Positions 1 to 13,200 of a stretch of 64,000 bases of DNA are shown one piece after another. The translations under genes were made by a program, and so were the position numbers. Position 1 is the first letter of the stretch; each line of letters opens with the position of its first letter. Under the pieces are notes generated by a model. The model was not told where the DNA came from, did no database searches, and saw only the letters and a list, made by a program, of their open reading frames with translations. The stretch comes from Phoronis australis (Eukaryota > Animalia > Phoronida): NCBI GenBank assembly GCA_002633005.1, contig NMRA01000026.1:907432-971431 (forward strand), in the 5' to 3' direction.

Positions 1-686
1 TCAAAGACGATTGGATTTGAATTCACTTCTTGGAAAATCCATTAGTTCCCCAAAAGTTGCTCATGGTTAAACGCACAAACAACAATGACAGCATTGAGTA
101 TATCGACGCAGAACATGATTGGGTTGAAGGTGCTTCGTTAGTTAACAAAGAGTACACGAATATTCAAGCCTACTATATAAATAGAATATTCACCTCGCGA
201 ACGCCTCTCCTGAATTTCAAGTTCTCCTAGAATAAATAAAAAACTCAAAGCATGGGAAATAAAATATGACCACCACACGCTTTCACAGACACGGGAACGA
301 AGATCTTGAAATGGATGGGGCAAATACAATACCTTCAACATCTTCATTTCATCTATAGATAATAAAACAGACAGTTTATTTTCACTGCCGAATTCGCAAA
401 ATATTCAAACTTCAAATAGACATCAAAAATGGGATAGTCGCTTTGATATCGTTACCAATGTCGGCGATGCCGTTGACATCAAGCAGTAGATCTGTCATTA
501 ATGAGACTTAACCTTAGTCGTCATCCGTTATCTTTCTTAAGTCTTTAGCAGTGGTGATTCCTAAACTATGATATTGCGTAATATTTATGATTGTAGAACT
601 GAATAACGCGTAATATTTTCCCGTTTCTGGTGGCATTTAAGCTTTCTAAAACCAAGTTCAACACTTCTGCGAAATTAATTTATTAA

Positions 687-1458
687 AGAGGCATGGAACG
701 CGAAAGCTTGTAAAAACATCTTTCAAATAATCCCTGACGAAAGTGCCATCTCGCAACGTCTACTACAAAGTTATTCACTTTCCCCTGTGAGGTAATTTCC
801 AGAGAAAATCACAAACCTCACGATTTTTGAAATATGCGTTCAGGAAAAATTCTGTAGTAACCACAGAGTTTCTAATCTCTCTCCCACTTATGATAAATGC
901 TCGTATGCTCACAGTCATTCCACAAACAGCTGACTGACAAGATAGATATTTCAATTCTTAACAGAAGATAATTATGTGTAATCGCACAGCATGAGATAAG
1001 TCAGTGAAGCAAGCGATTTCCCAAAAAGAATTCCAAGTGCATTTAAAATGTATGGGAATGCTACGATACTTTTATAACTAATTCTAAACAGCTAGAACTT
1101 GCATCAGTTGCCTCTTAATCGGAATGGCTGCTGCTTCAATTAAAGTCACCATTGTTTTGGTTACAAAAAGGTAGAAAGTCACATTTTCCTTATAAGAGAA
1201 ATGTCTTGTATCTTTGTCTTGCCATAAAAATAAGGAGACGTGCTTTGCCTTGCAGAAGAAAAATCGAAGAAGTGAAGAGCAGGTGGCAGGTCGTTTGTGT
1301 TGAAATTTGAAACTAAAACAAAAATGCTTTGACATCAACAGAAATTCAAAATCTTTACAAACAAATCATAAAAAGCTGGTGAACAGGTTGAATTCTGTTT
1401 CGGCAGAGAACCTGTTTGAATAATGCACTTTAAACCGTTTTTCACGTTCCAGGCCTCT
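687..1458. mobile_element. Non-autonomous TIR element (Kolobok-like MITE)
   Basis: Termini agaggcatggaacgcgaaa / tttcacgttccaggcctct are imperfect inverted repeats, flanked by TTAA at 683-686 and 1459-1462. A TTAA target with 5'-AG ends is typical of Kolobok. No coding capacity. Confidence 0.7.
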
Positions 1459-1505
1459 TTAATCTACGAAACACATTTTGATTCCACCATAAACAATCCC
1501 AAAAT

Positions 1506-4500
1506 TCAATTACTTTCATGGTCACAAGAGTCGCTCCATGTGCAGTAATCCAGAAAAGGAACGTGTGGAGTTGTCTTGTCCCGTACATAAGAAGAATACA
1601 ACGTTCCGGGCACTCGCCACTTTGACAGATCTCTCACCACCGCATTAGAATGTAAATTGTCTTTCTCAGGCTGGTTAATGTCGTCTAAATTCATGCAATG
1701 AACACATTCGTCGCATTCCTTTTGTTTCTTCCTTTTAAGCTTCTTCGCTTTTAGGCGCGCTTTTTCCTTTGCCTCCTCGACTAGAGCTTCCTTATACATC
1801 CGTTTTCTAAGCACGCACGGAGGCGTTCCACGTGCACGACTCTCCCGCATATCCGCGCGCAAACGTCGAGTGAGCTCATCTTCATCGTAATTCGAGTTAT
1901 TGTTCGAGCAGTTGAGAGCGCCAACATCGTTAATGATTGCATTGAAGATACGCTCCGTATCACCGAGTCCACATTCAACACTGTCTACACCGTTTCCGAT
2001 GTCCTCGTGGTAGGTATGTGCATTGGAGTTGTTCACACAATTTTTACCATCGCCGAAGTGCAAGTATTTGACTTGTTGGTTCTGATTCACGTGCGTTTTG
2101 CCAACTTCGTACTTATCAGATTTACTGGATTTGATGTCAGAACGAATGGGACTTGGAAAGTAAGTGTTGGGACCTTCAATCGACGGAAACGAAACAAAAT
2201 CTTTTTGCCTCTTTTTATACTTCATCGACGAGCTGTTCATCTCTTTGTTTGCCCTCATGGGTGACTGGACTGGACGCCCTAAGTTGACCAATGACCTGCC
2301 ACCCGACGCCCAACGGCTTCTCTTGTGTTCCGAAACAGGATGTGAGTTTCTCGAGTCCTTTGCTTTGCCGATCAAGGGCTTGTCTCCATACATTTTCATT
2401 AGAGAGGAATGTCTTTTTGACCGTCGCGATGATCTATTTGCTTTAGATTTGTTCCCGTTGACATCGCACTTTTCATCGTTGTTTGCATATATTCTACTTC
2501 TGTCTCTTTGAATCAAACCTTCTATACTTTTCAACAACGACTTTCTCTCCATGCTAGCTGGCTCTCCTCGACGGAAAGATAAGTTATTGCGCAGCGTCTC
2601 TATGGAAAAATCGCGCGAGGGTTTGAATTGCATTGCCACTTTCCTCATTTCCCTCTTCAATTTGTAATCCTCTAAAGCGTAGGAGTACATCTCGTGCGCA
2701 TCACTCTTCCCCTTTTGACCGCCACGTGTCCCGTTTGGTTCCGCTGTCCGCGGCGAAGATGCCGATTCATTGGTGTGTGGAGAATCTAAAACACTGGGAG
2801 CACTGTAATATTTCAAGTTAACAAACTGGTGTGAAGGTTTAGTTTTTGCAAAATTACTCATAGAACGAAATGGCATTTTCTGTAACATGGATTTTCCACG
2901 TGATTCGTCAGTATTTATTACTTTAGCAGCTTCTGTGCCAATGCTTCTCCGATTTCTTCGTTCTTCGCGAGTTCTTTCAACGAAAGACGGTTCCAGAAAT
3001 GTTTCTTGACAAGCCTTCTCCAAAGCGGTAACAGTTGCAAGTGCATGCAATGTGAATGGTCCACAAGAGCTGAAAGAATCGACTAAGTTGTCTAGTTTGG
3101 TGGGGCTGGTGTCACTGTGGACGTTACTCTCGCTGCTGCTGTTGCTGCTCGACGAACCATCTGCAGCTCCCACGTGCAACTTGCTGGCAACCAAGCACGT
3201 GAGATGTCGGCGAAATAAATCCTCATTTGTATTCAACACATACAGGCTTTTGTTGACGTTCGAAAACGATTCCCATTGCGACACATTCCGGCTTGATGCT
3301 GACGTAGCCTACAAAAGAAAAACATCGATCGCCACGAGTGACTTTTTCAGATGTGAGAGCTTGCTTGAAGGAGAATGAGGAATAGACAGATGGAGGAGAA
3401 GAAAAGGGGAGCGCAGTGTCGGGTGATTCCGATAAGCTAAACAACTACAGCTTAGGGCCTCTCACAAAACAGGGACCCCATTCCGGCCGTCGCCACAAAG
3501 GCCCTCAGCGATTTTGTCGACTGGCTTTAGAGGAGACCGGGGAGGTAGCTCGAAAATCGCGACTTTCCGCCGGTATGATCGATGTTAAGGAATCAATAAG
3601 TCCATTAATTATTTCTGTGCAAGAATCAGAAATATTGCATTTTTTAAACACATGGTCGAAATTTAAACCAGTAACGTAGCGTCGCACGTGAATTTAGTTA
3701 CCCGGCGTTCGTAGTTTTTTTAATTTAAAAGAAAACACGGCCCCCATTTTTGAAACCTCGAGCTTTTCTCATACTGTTACGGTAAGTAGTATATCCTTTT
3801 AACTAAAGGATGCGCGTGGCAAGACTTTTCTGGAGAGTGCTAAAGATTTCGCTACGAGACATGTCTTCTACATTCTGTAGTAAGAATTATATTATAACCC
3901 CTGTGCCGACCTGTCCGTCTCAGAGTAGGGAAAGGGAACACAAAACGGCCGAATATGCATAAGTCGTATGGTTGAATGATCTAACTTGTTAAACTTACAG
4001 CCTTGTGTACTAGTTGCATTTTAGTGAGGCATTAACAAAGTATGCCTTTGCTGTCACCTCGTCTTATCGGGACCTCTGATACCCACCTGAACAAATCACA
4101 TGGGAACAGCCTTCTTACCATGAGGAGCCAATATCGTGATTTGTACTTATAAAAACTATAGTGATTGCAGAATACTAGAGTTTTGCATATTAAATATTAT
4201 CATAATTACTCGTAAGATAGCAAATCGGACGCCTTTGTGAACTCGCGCTGCGTCTGATTTGCTTACGTCCTTTAAAAATTTGCTCGTGTGAACAGGTTAT
4301 GTCAATCAAGTAGTTACTAGTGAGAGATGTTGAAAGGCAATGTCGCGGCTGTACATGATTCTGTGTACAACTTTGATTTTAAAATTTGGTCCAATTTTAT
4401 GTTATCAATACAATGGTCAACGCGTCTCGTTTGTAGACCAGACACCGTGCCCTCAGACGGCACTCGATTGAATCAGATTCACTTACCACTTCTGGTAGCA

Positions 4501-4539
4501 TTCTAAGTCTTTTTCAATGTTGAAAATCGCGTGCTGCAT
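1506..4539 (-). CDS. Uncharacterised Ser/Arg/Lys-rich, largely disordered protein (about 630 aa), no recognised domain
   Basis: A 1.8-kb uninterrupted ORF (1506-3308) follows a good acceptor (ttttcttttgtag). Two small upstream exons with gtaag donors are phase-compatible: 4539-4487 (MQHAIFNIEKDLECYQK) and 4155-4119. The long exon is well supported; the 5' exons are tentative. Confidence 0.6.
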
Positions 4540-5659
4540 TGGAGCACGTTCGTAATTAGACTGACGTCAGACGATTATTCACGTGCGTTCTTTGGCATTG
4601 TTACTAAAGGCAGAGGTCTTTGCTATGAGCACTTCCTTGTTCAAAATCGTCGCTATACAATACGCAAAATTCAACTATGTACTTGTTTCAACACACATTT
4701 GACAAGGATCATAAAACATCGCTTTCGATTGAAGACCATATATCTGCGTGAAAGCATACTCGTATCTGTAAAGAAGCAGACAATTTTGTCGTACTTTGCG
4801 AATATAGGACAAGTCGCATGTTTTGTTGACAATTTCACAAGAGTTACGGAGTGATGGTATTGATAAGGATTCTAAATCAGTTAACAACAAGAACATCGTA
4901 GCATTTACGACTCAAGAAAACCCCGAAAAAATGCGGAGCGTGTGCGTAAGCATTAACTACGACTTGAGTTGACTATAATTCAAGATCGGATGAGCGTATT
5001 AATGTTTCTAAACCCCCAAAACACTTGAATAAAAAATCAACATTGCCAGGTTAACAGGCGAAATACAGCTATCAAAATTTTTGATTGTCTACTAGTTTTT
5101 TAATAAGCTAAATCAAAATTTAGCATCACCTTTAAAAAGTGCCATGCCCCATCTTAATATTTAAGGAGGACCGGAATGCGATAAACAGACTGAACTGCAA
5201 TATTGAAAATGGTTCTCTACTTCTGAGACAAAATTCAACTTATTCACTAGGTATTTGTATTTTTAGGGTTTGTTCTTAAAGGCTTTTAATGTCTGTTGAT
5301 ATCAAAGTATTTTCTTTTAGTTTCAAATTTCGAAAAAAAAATGATCTGTCATCTGTTTAGTACACTTTCGTCGATCTTTCTCTCACAAGGCAATGCACGC
5401 CTCCTTCTTTGGTAAGGAAAGACATCGACGTAGGACAATTCTCTTATATATGGAAAATGTGACCTTTGACCTCAAGCGACTTCAAGCTACTGACTGTGAG
5501 CCCATGCGCGCACTTATCTTAAATGGGAGGGAGTGGTAACGTTTTTCCTTCTCACGTATTGTGATTTTTTTTCTGGAAATTTCCTCACAGGGGAAAGTGA
5601 TTTACTCTGTACAAGACGTTTTTTTAATCGTAAACATTTATTTCTCGTTCTTGCTAGTA

Positions 5660-6470
5660 ATTCTTTTATTTTGCTCCCCCATGATTATTACATGTCACAT
5701 AAAACAATACAGTATACATCGTTTACAAAGAATAAGATTAAACATTAGTCAACAAGTACCGTATTTCATTCAGGATGTAATTTAATAAAGTTAATGAACA
5801 ATTGGAAATTAAGGTTTTTTTAACAAACTTTTGGCTAAATATGTAATTTTTGCTAACATGATCAACAGATTAATATTATAATTTTCCAACTGAATGTTTC
5901 CCAAAAAACCAAAAAACACTGCTGTCTTGTCCACATGAAAATTTACATGATATGTTTGTTTTAACCACTCAGAAAACAGGAGCCAGAAACCGGATACAAG
6001 ACGACAATCCCAAAAGAGATGGAGAAAAGTTTCACCGTGTTCACCACAGAAAGAGCATAGATCACGTGTTTTTATTTCAATTTTATGTAAATAAATGTTA
6101 GTTGGTAATATTCTGTGAATTAAGCGGTATTGAAACCAACGCAATTTTGTATCTTTTGTACAATTGAAGAGGAGTTTATTTACTTTTCTCCACAATGTAT
6201 CAGAGTCACTAAAATTTACATTATTTATAACCGTTTGTATCTATCTCAGATTACCACTTGTTTTTATACTTACAAGCTGTCTGAAGTGACTGTACCAAGG
6301 TGTCATAAATACTTACCCCTTGCGATTTATTATGTAAAATTTTATAAATATAACTTGGAAAATTTGGGAAGAAGAAATTGCCTTGTCTATTCTTAAGACC
6401 CTTGTACGCTGCAAAGGTTGCACTTCTTAAAGGAGAAAGCCACCCAAAAAACAACCTATTTTGTATGAAT
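5660..6470 (-). mobile_element. 3' part of a degraded L1/Tx1-clade LINE (zf-RVT region)
   Basis: The ORF fragment contains WFQYRLIHRILPTN...CSFCGEHGETFLHLFWDC, the C-terminal Cys/His motif of L1/Tx1 ORF2. It is frameshifted and has an A-rich end near 5662. Confidence 0.85.
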
Positions 6471-6473
6471 TAA

Positions 6474-8075
6474 GATCGAGTAGCTTTACTCGATAACGGC
6501 ACGTTCGATTGCGTTACCTGACACCTGACGGCAGACGGAGTTGTTGAAATTATCCAGTGACGTCATTGGTTTCACACACAGTCTGCTCAGTAGTTCACAA
6601 CACGGGTTACTGGTGTCAGCTTATCGCTTGAATTCATCGTTTAACACCAATAAATCATCACACTTCGACGTAAAACCCTTACAAATACATCGAGTTCTTA
6701 CAAAAAACGTGTTGTTTTATTTCGCTGTTACGGATTTACTGGTATTTGGACACACCGTAGCCTACAAAATTCGGAGGGCCAATTTACCAAGGTCCATAGC
6801 ACTGAGGAGTTTGGGGTCTGTTCGAAGTATTCTTCCGTGAAATACAGTCAGGAGAACCTAGATCTGTGTTGTTTAGAGTTGTGATTTTTTGAGTTCTAAT
6901 GACACAAAACGCTTGTTATCCCATCCAGTGGCTCGGAACCCGATCAGGCCAGTGGCGGCCGTACTGACTCATTATCCCGGCCAGTAGCTTGGAACCCGAT
7001 CAGGCCCGTCGCGGCCGCCGGGACTGGCACGAACATAAACCAGCTTGAGTTGGAAACTAAACCTCCAGTCACGAAAAGACTATAATAGTGAGCCAAAGAA
7101 ATAACGTGTACATAATTATTTTTGTGAATTAGCCACGACGAAACTGAAAATCTACTTACTTCTCGGGGGCCGCAAAGTCGGGTTCCGCCCCTTCCACAGA
7201 CCGTCAGGACAAAGGTTGTACAGTAACAATGATTTGAATAATGTATTTGTAGTTCTAAATAAAGATTGCCCTAACATATGACCATAGCATATAAAATCGA
7301 GTAATTGTTTCACAACAGCTTTCTGTCAGCAAACACTGAATTAGCATGCGCTCTCACGGCTTCGGTGCCCGGTCAGGTTTATTCCTTGCTGGCTTCTCAA
7401 CATTTGCACTCACGAATACTGCCAAGGCATTACAAATTGTATCTAATGACACAGACTTTGTTTCAGTTTTATATAAGCATTGGTTAGGATGAGAATAATT
7501 AATTTTGAAACAGAACACAGAATAATGAACGTCTACATGGTAACTCGCCCGGCGCCGATCCCGACTAAGTCAAGACCTCATCCGACGAAGACTTCACGGG
7601 TGATCAGATCGTTAAGTTTCACAGGCGATCAGTTCGAACCAGAATACACTGATCAAGAAATACTAGAGAGGCGCCGTGAATATGCACAGGCAACGGAACG
7701 TATGGATAATTCTTTGGTAAGCCGGAATTCGTCAGAGAAATCATTGTCGACGAAATGCCGGCCACAGACACGGAGATGTTTCACGGCCTCATAACTTGCT
7801 ATTAACAACAGCGTACTTTTCATTCTTTACTACCGCGAGCCACTTCCTAAGCATTACGAGGAAGTCGATAAAACCATATACCAGCTTTCTTCGCAGCTTC
7901 ATAGTTCGAACAAGCAGGAACGACGCACCACAATATAGCGGCATTCACTCTGCAGACGAACCACTGACGTCGCTGGGTGTTTCTCACCTTCCTCGCAGCT
8001 TAACGCGACACCTCTCGGCAAGGGCAGGTCGACCGTATAAGAGGCGATGTATATAAGACCGACGGTAAAAAAGAC
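6474..8075. mobile_element. Unclassified 1.6-kb insertion splitting the LINE
   Basis: Separates two colinear LINE ORF2 segments. TAA occurs at both junctions (6471-6473, 8076-8078). There is a terminal hairpin atcgagta-gctt-tactcgat (6475-6494) and an internal short direct repeat at about 6926-7020. Confidence 0.5.
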
Positions 8076-9360
8076 TAATGAAATCGGGTGGCATTCTCCT
8101 TTAATCCATAGAATTCTAGTATTGGAGGTTGAAAGTTATAAGTATTACAGAGTTGTTCGTATGACATAAAAGAACCTTCAGCATTAAACAAATCACACAC
8201 ACGATAGACTCCCCTTTCATACCAGATTTTCCGGCTACTAACTTTAATCTTTGAATTATACCACAGGGGAGAGTAAATAATATTTTCATTTTTGTCACAC
8301 ATCTGAAACAGGAGAACAACATCGCTTGAAACTTCCTTCCAGAACAGATTGTCGGTCCCTTCAGCTGTTTTTTTAAGGAAAGCGTCTCCCATTTAAAAAA
8401 AATCAACTTACAACCCAAAACTGCCTCTGCAAAGTCACGTATGGTATTTAAGGTAAATAGTTTACGAAACCACGATATTTTCAAAGACTTAATAAACTAA
8501 CATGAACCACTTTTAAACCACCATGATCTTGATATTGTACAATTTCATTTCTGCTAACTCTGTCATTCTTCCCATTCCAAATGAAGCCAAAGAAAACTCG
8601 CTGTAATTCTTTAATAATGTCAATGGAGGAGCTAGGGAGAGATTGAAGCAAATGAACAATCTTGGGCAATAAAAGTGACTTAACCAAGGTTATTTTACCT
8701 AAAACAGTAAGAATTCTTCTTGACCACGAACTCACCATTTTCTTAATTTTCAAAAGCCTGCAACTATAGTTAATACCCGGCATTGCATTATAATCAGTGG
8801 AGAAGTTGATAACCAAAAACATGAAAGGTTTGTTGGTCCATAACAGGTTCTCACTGACACAAAGTTTTTCCTCAGTCTTTTTTGAACCAATCCAAACACA
8901 TCTTGTTTTCTCGATGCTTGGCTTCAAACCAGAAAATTTCGCAAATTGGTCAATTAAATTCAAGAGATGACTCAGAACCGTCAGCGTACTGGATCAATTT
9001 AAACTCAGAAACACCTATCCTGATCCCAGTGATGCCACCATTCTGACGAATTAAGTTACCCAATATTTCTACACATAATACAAAAAGGTAAGGGAAATAG
9101 GGTCTCCTCGACGACAGCCTCTCCCATTTCAAAAAAATCAGAGAAAAATCCATGTTGGAGAACACAAAAAGACAAGATTTGTTGTAAAGTGTTTTGACCG
9201 TGTCAATGAGCCTTGGGCCAAAGTTAAAGTATGATAATGCCTTGAGGATGAAAGACCAGGAAACCGAGTCGAAAGCTTTTTCAAAATCGATCATTAACAG
9301 GAGTCCGGGAAAGGGTTTACAGTCCAAAAATTGAATTACATCATATAAAATTCTATTTTC
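8076..9360 (-). mobile_element. Reverse-transcriptase part of the same degraded L1/Tx1 LINE (5'-truncated)
   Basis: Frameshifted fragments with LLMIDFEKAFDSVSW, PYLFVLCVEIL, QYAD, SGLKPSIEKT, LGKITLVKSLLLPK, FIWNGK, GGL and SPLWYN motifs. Confidence 0.9.
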
Positions 9361-9687
9361 TAATGTTTTTTTCCAATATATCTGATAGATATTTTTGACC
9401 AGCTTTCGCTTTCCATACCACACATAAAAGGCATTCAAGCTATTTTTAAACATGGCTCGTCAATTCAGAGGCCGCAATCCCCTACTTAATGGCCTTAGTA
9501 GACTGAAAATAGGTTACTACTGCTAAGCGTGAATCACAAGCTCAACAATCTCCAAGAAAGCAAACCACAACCAACTGAGCGTTTTCAACCAGGTTAGGAA
9601 TGATCAATGACAAAAAAATAGAGGAAAATTTTCCACGTGATGTATCGTTTCACAAATAGTCTTGTTTAAATGTACGATGGAAATGTT

Positions 9688-10223
9688 TTTATTTTATGAA
9701 ATTTAACTACCAAATAAACGTTTTTTTTTGTATGAATAAAGCCAAAATAATAAAGATAATAAAAAAGAAGATTCAATTTTTTCAAAAACATAGTTGTGTG
9801 GAGCACAAGACTAAATTTCTAACTTCAGTGTTGAAAATAACTTTTCATAAAACACACCTATAAGATCAATCATAAGCGAGTACCACTTTCTTTGGCTCAC
9901 AATTTTGGGTCCACATTAATAAAAAAATATTAAATAAAGCAATATTTATTAATAAACAATTAAACAGTATGTACAAGGATGAAATGAGGTCCCTAGGTAG
10001 GGTCACTATACAGTTTCCATTAAAAATCGTCTAAAAACAAAAGTGCTAAAATAGAGGACCTCAGTGCACAAATGCAGTCGTATAAAACTTTTCTATTTGA
10101 ATCGCGTGGACATGATGATAAAATTACAGATATTTACAACAACGCAGACAAGACATCTCGTTCACACAACATGCTACTCCGAAGTGAACAAGCATTCCAC
10201 GGGTCAGTCACTGAATATGTACA
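9688..10223 (-). promoter_or_regulatory. Cyclin B 3'UTR with CPEs, Pumilio elements and poly(A) hexamers
   Basis: Minus strand has UGUAHAUA at 10216-10223, 10131-10138 and 9968-9975, UUUUAU at 10118-10123 and 10082-10087, and AAUAAA at 9945-9950 and 9688-9693. Confidence 0.7.
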
Positions 10224-10268
10224 ATGCTCCTTTATAGCACCACACAGATGAAGGTCCAGCCTTTGCTG

Positions 10269-13200
10269 TTATTGACATTCTGCGGCCAGTTCTTGGATAA
10301 GCGCACACTTCAACTTTGGCGATGTACTGATCTTCATGAACTTTGAACTGGTGTACTTTTGACGGATAGCCTGAAAAAAAGGAACAAATGGTCATAAACC
10401 TTTCCATTCACATAAGACTAAGCCTGCTTTCCACAAGGAGTTATCCAAGTGAGACTTTAAAATGGTAATTTAGTAAACTGTAACAGCATGCCAGTCTGCG
10501 ATTCCATCTTGAATATTTATAACAAATGAAATTTGGTCGTGTTATCATCACCACTGTTGTTTTGCTTGGAATTTACTTTATTTTGTTACTCGATTTTAGC
10601 AAAGACACAGTAAGGTGACCCAATTAATGGCAGTTTGGTAAAATGTCAAAAACCAAAGTCTGTAGCATTTCTACTTTCAGAAATACATACTTTTACCGAG
10701 GAGCAACCCATAGGTTTGTAAATATTTAACTAAATACACACTATCAGGCTTGTCAATTACACCATACAAAAATTGGAAGAAAAAATAACAACGATGACCT
10801 CCACTTGCACCCCACTTTCAATGCGGGTAACTCACGGTCATTTTATCCGTTACCTTCAACTTGCACGTTAATTCTGATTTGGAATGGGGGTTGACACGGA
10901 TCACACAGACAACTTACAGTCAACTTGCTGGTCTCTGACTTGACGACAAGGCTGGCCATTCTACTCATTACGGGCCTGAGGTGAGACTCACTGTAGTGAC
11001 TGTAATGTTGTAGTGTGTCCGTCTGTAACAGATTAGTACGTGTAAGAAATGAATACACCACCACCAAACTCCCCCCCCCGTTGATGACGTCACCTTGACC
11101 CCCACTACCTCACAGGGTCACACGGAGGAAGGAAGCAGTCACAGGGTTAAACGTTACAAAAATTGCCAGGTCACATTTTGCAACCTAGCCAAAATCCCGG
11201 GTTGCATTTTCAATATTCAGCTTGCAAAAACTTTCAGCCATTTTTACGTCATCGTGAGGGATGTTCACTGTTAGTGTCCTTTTGAACACGAGACGTGGCA
11301 AAAACCAAATAATGGTCGGATTCACACGAGTTGCATTATATCTGCCATGGCAACTGCCGACAAGTGTAAAAATTTGGCTCACATACGTTGGAAATTCCAG
11401 GTGCATTTTGCGACTTGGCCAAAATTTCAGCTCGCATTTCCAAATTTCAGGTCAAAAATGCGACTTGCAGCTGGTTAAGTCTAGCCCTAGTCAATATCTG
11501 CTTTCTCAAACTTCTGTCGTTGAAGTTACATTTCCAAGATTATTAGAAGAAATCTAATCTGTAATCTCATCAGGGCTGTTCCAGTAAAATCCGTGTGGGA
11601 GGGGGGGGACGGCAGTAGAAATAAAAATTCATGGGTGGTGGTCTTCAGAAAAAAACTCAAATTATGGGTGGTCGTTCCTGTAAAAAGTGATGCATTAAAA
11701 ATAAGTGGTATTTTTTGACCTGTTAATGTTGACAGGTTGGTTTCTTCAGTGTCAAAACTCAAAAAATGCAACTGGCATATATCCTGACTTATCCCAATAC
11801 AAAAAAGCCCATATTGCCAGTGAACAGAGTGCAATATGTTTGCTAAGCCATTAATCAAGTCATGGGCAACTTGATTTGAGTCAACTGTTTGTCTGCAGTC
11901 CTATTGAATTGAAAAGTTATGCAACACTAAACTGGTGTTAACACATATAAGAAAATTGATGGTTTTTCAATAAAAAGTATGAGGAGTAAGTTAAACAAGT
12001 TCCAATATTCACTTGACATAGAAGTATAAAAGAGTTCGTGGAGACAGTTTGAGATTCATAGATCCTTATAATTGAAAAAATGTTTATTAAAATTATAGAC
12101 ACATGGTGAACAGAGACACCTGGTGGCTGCCAAAAGTAATGCTCACAGGCTACTTTAGTTTTTGACAATATTGAACAAGACAACTAGTTCTTGTTTGTCA
12201 ATCATCTAAGTTCTGAACAGGTCCTCCTGGAGGCAATTTGTTTGCAATTGTTGGATTTTATATTTTAACCTATTAAAAATAATTAAAAAATTATGGGTCA
12301 TGGGTTGGAGAAATAAATGAAAAATATGGGCGGTGGGTACGAAATAAAAGTGCCTTCCCCCCCTCCCATACAGATTTTTCTGGAACAGCCCTCATGAAAT
12401 CAAGATGAACAGAGCATTTTTATTTAGTACAGTGAAGCCGTGTTGAAACATCCCTGGCTTACACTTCTTTTATTTTGCAACGTTCCACTGTATTGCATAC
12501 AGTTATTCTTCAAATATTGAGCACACAATATGGCTGAAAGTGAAATTCTATTTCGTCAAATTCCTCCACAAAAGATTGAGAAAACTTTTAATAGTCCGTT
12601 GCTAGCTTAGTTTGCCCTTTGTAGACGTCATAAAACAACAGTACGTGAAGTTTCCATTATTTATAGCAAACGGCCTTTGAAAAAAGGAAAAACAAGGATT
12701 TTGGCAATTCTTTTTGTACAAATAAGTGGAGAACTAACACATGTTGTGCCTTTGCACGCTTTTCTCTTAAATGACAGAAACAAATCATTTAAGTTGCCCG
12801 TTCACTTGCTGAGTACGTTCATTTGTTCTGCCACCAATGGAACAAATTAAAGAGCACGGCTCAACAATGCTAAGCATTGCTCAGCACTTTTCAAACAGGG
12901 CTGGTCACAACATGAGAGAACACTGCTGATCCAACAACACCAATGCAAATGATATACATCTAGTGGTGTTGAAATCTATAAATGGGCGCATAAAACCAGT
13001 CATTTACAAGGGTACAGCATATTGAGAACCAGCAGAACAGGCATCATACTGGTTTTCAATACGCGGGACCCCTGCAAGTGACTGTAGCAAGTAAAAAGGT
13101 ACGCACCCAATCAGCTTCGTCCAGCACCTTGATGGCAAGGCAGAGGGCAGCAGCGGCTATCTCGGATGGATGATATTGCACCAGCTCGTAGTCGACTATT

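Noticed and set aside
2007-3679. Several plus-strand ORFs opposite the 592-aa ORF
   Set aside because: Antisense shadows of a coding exon with no recognisable motifs.
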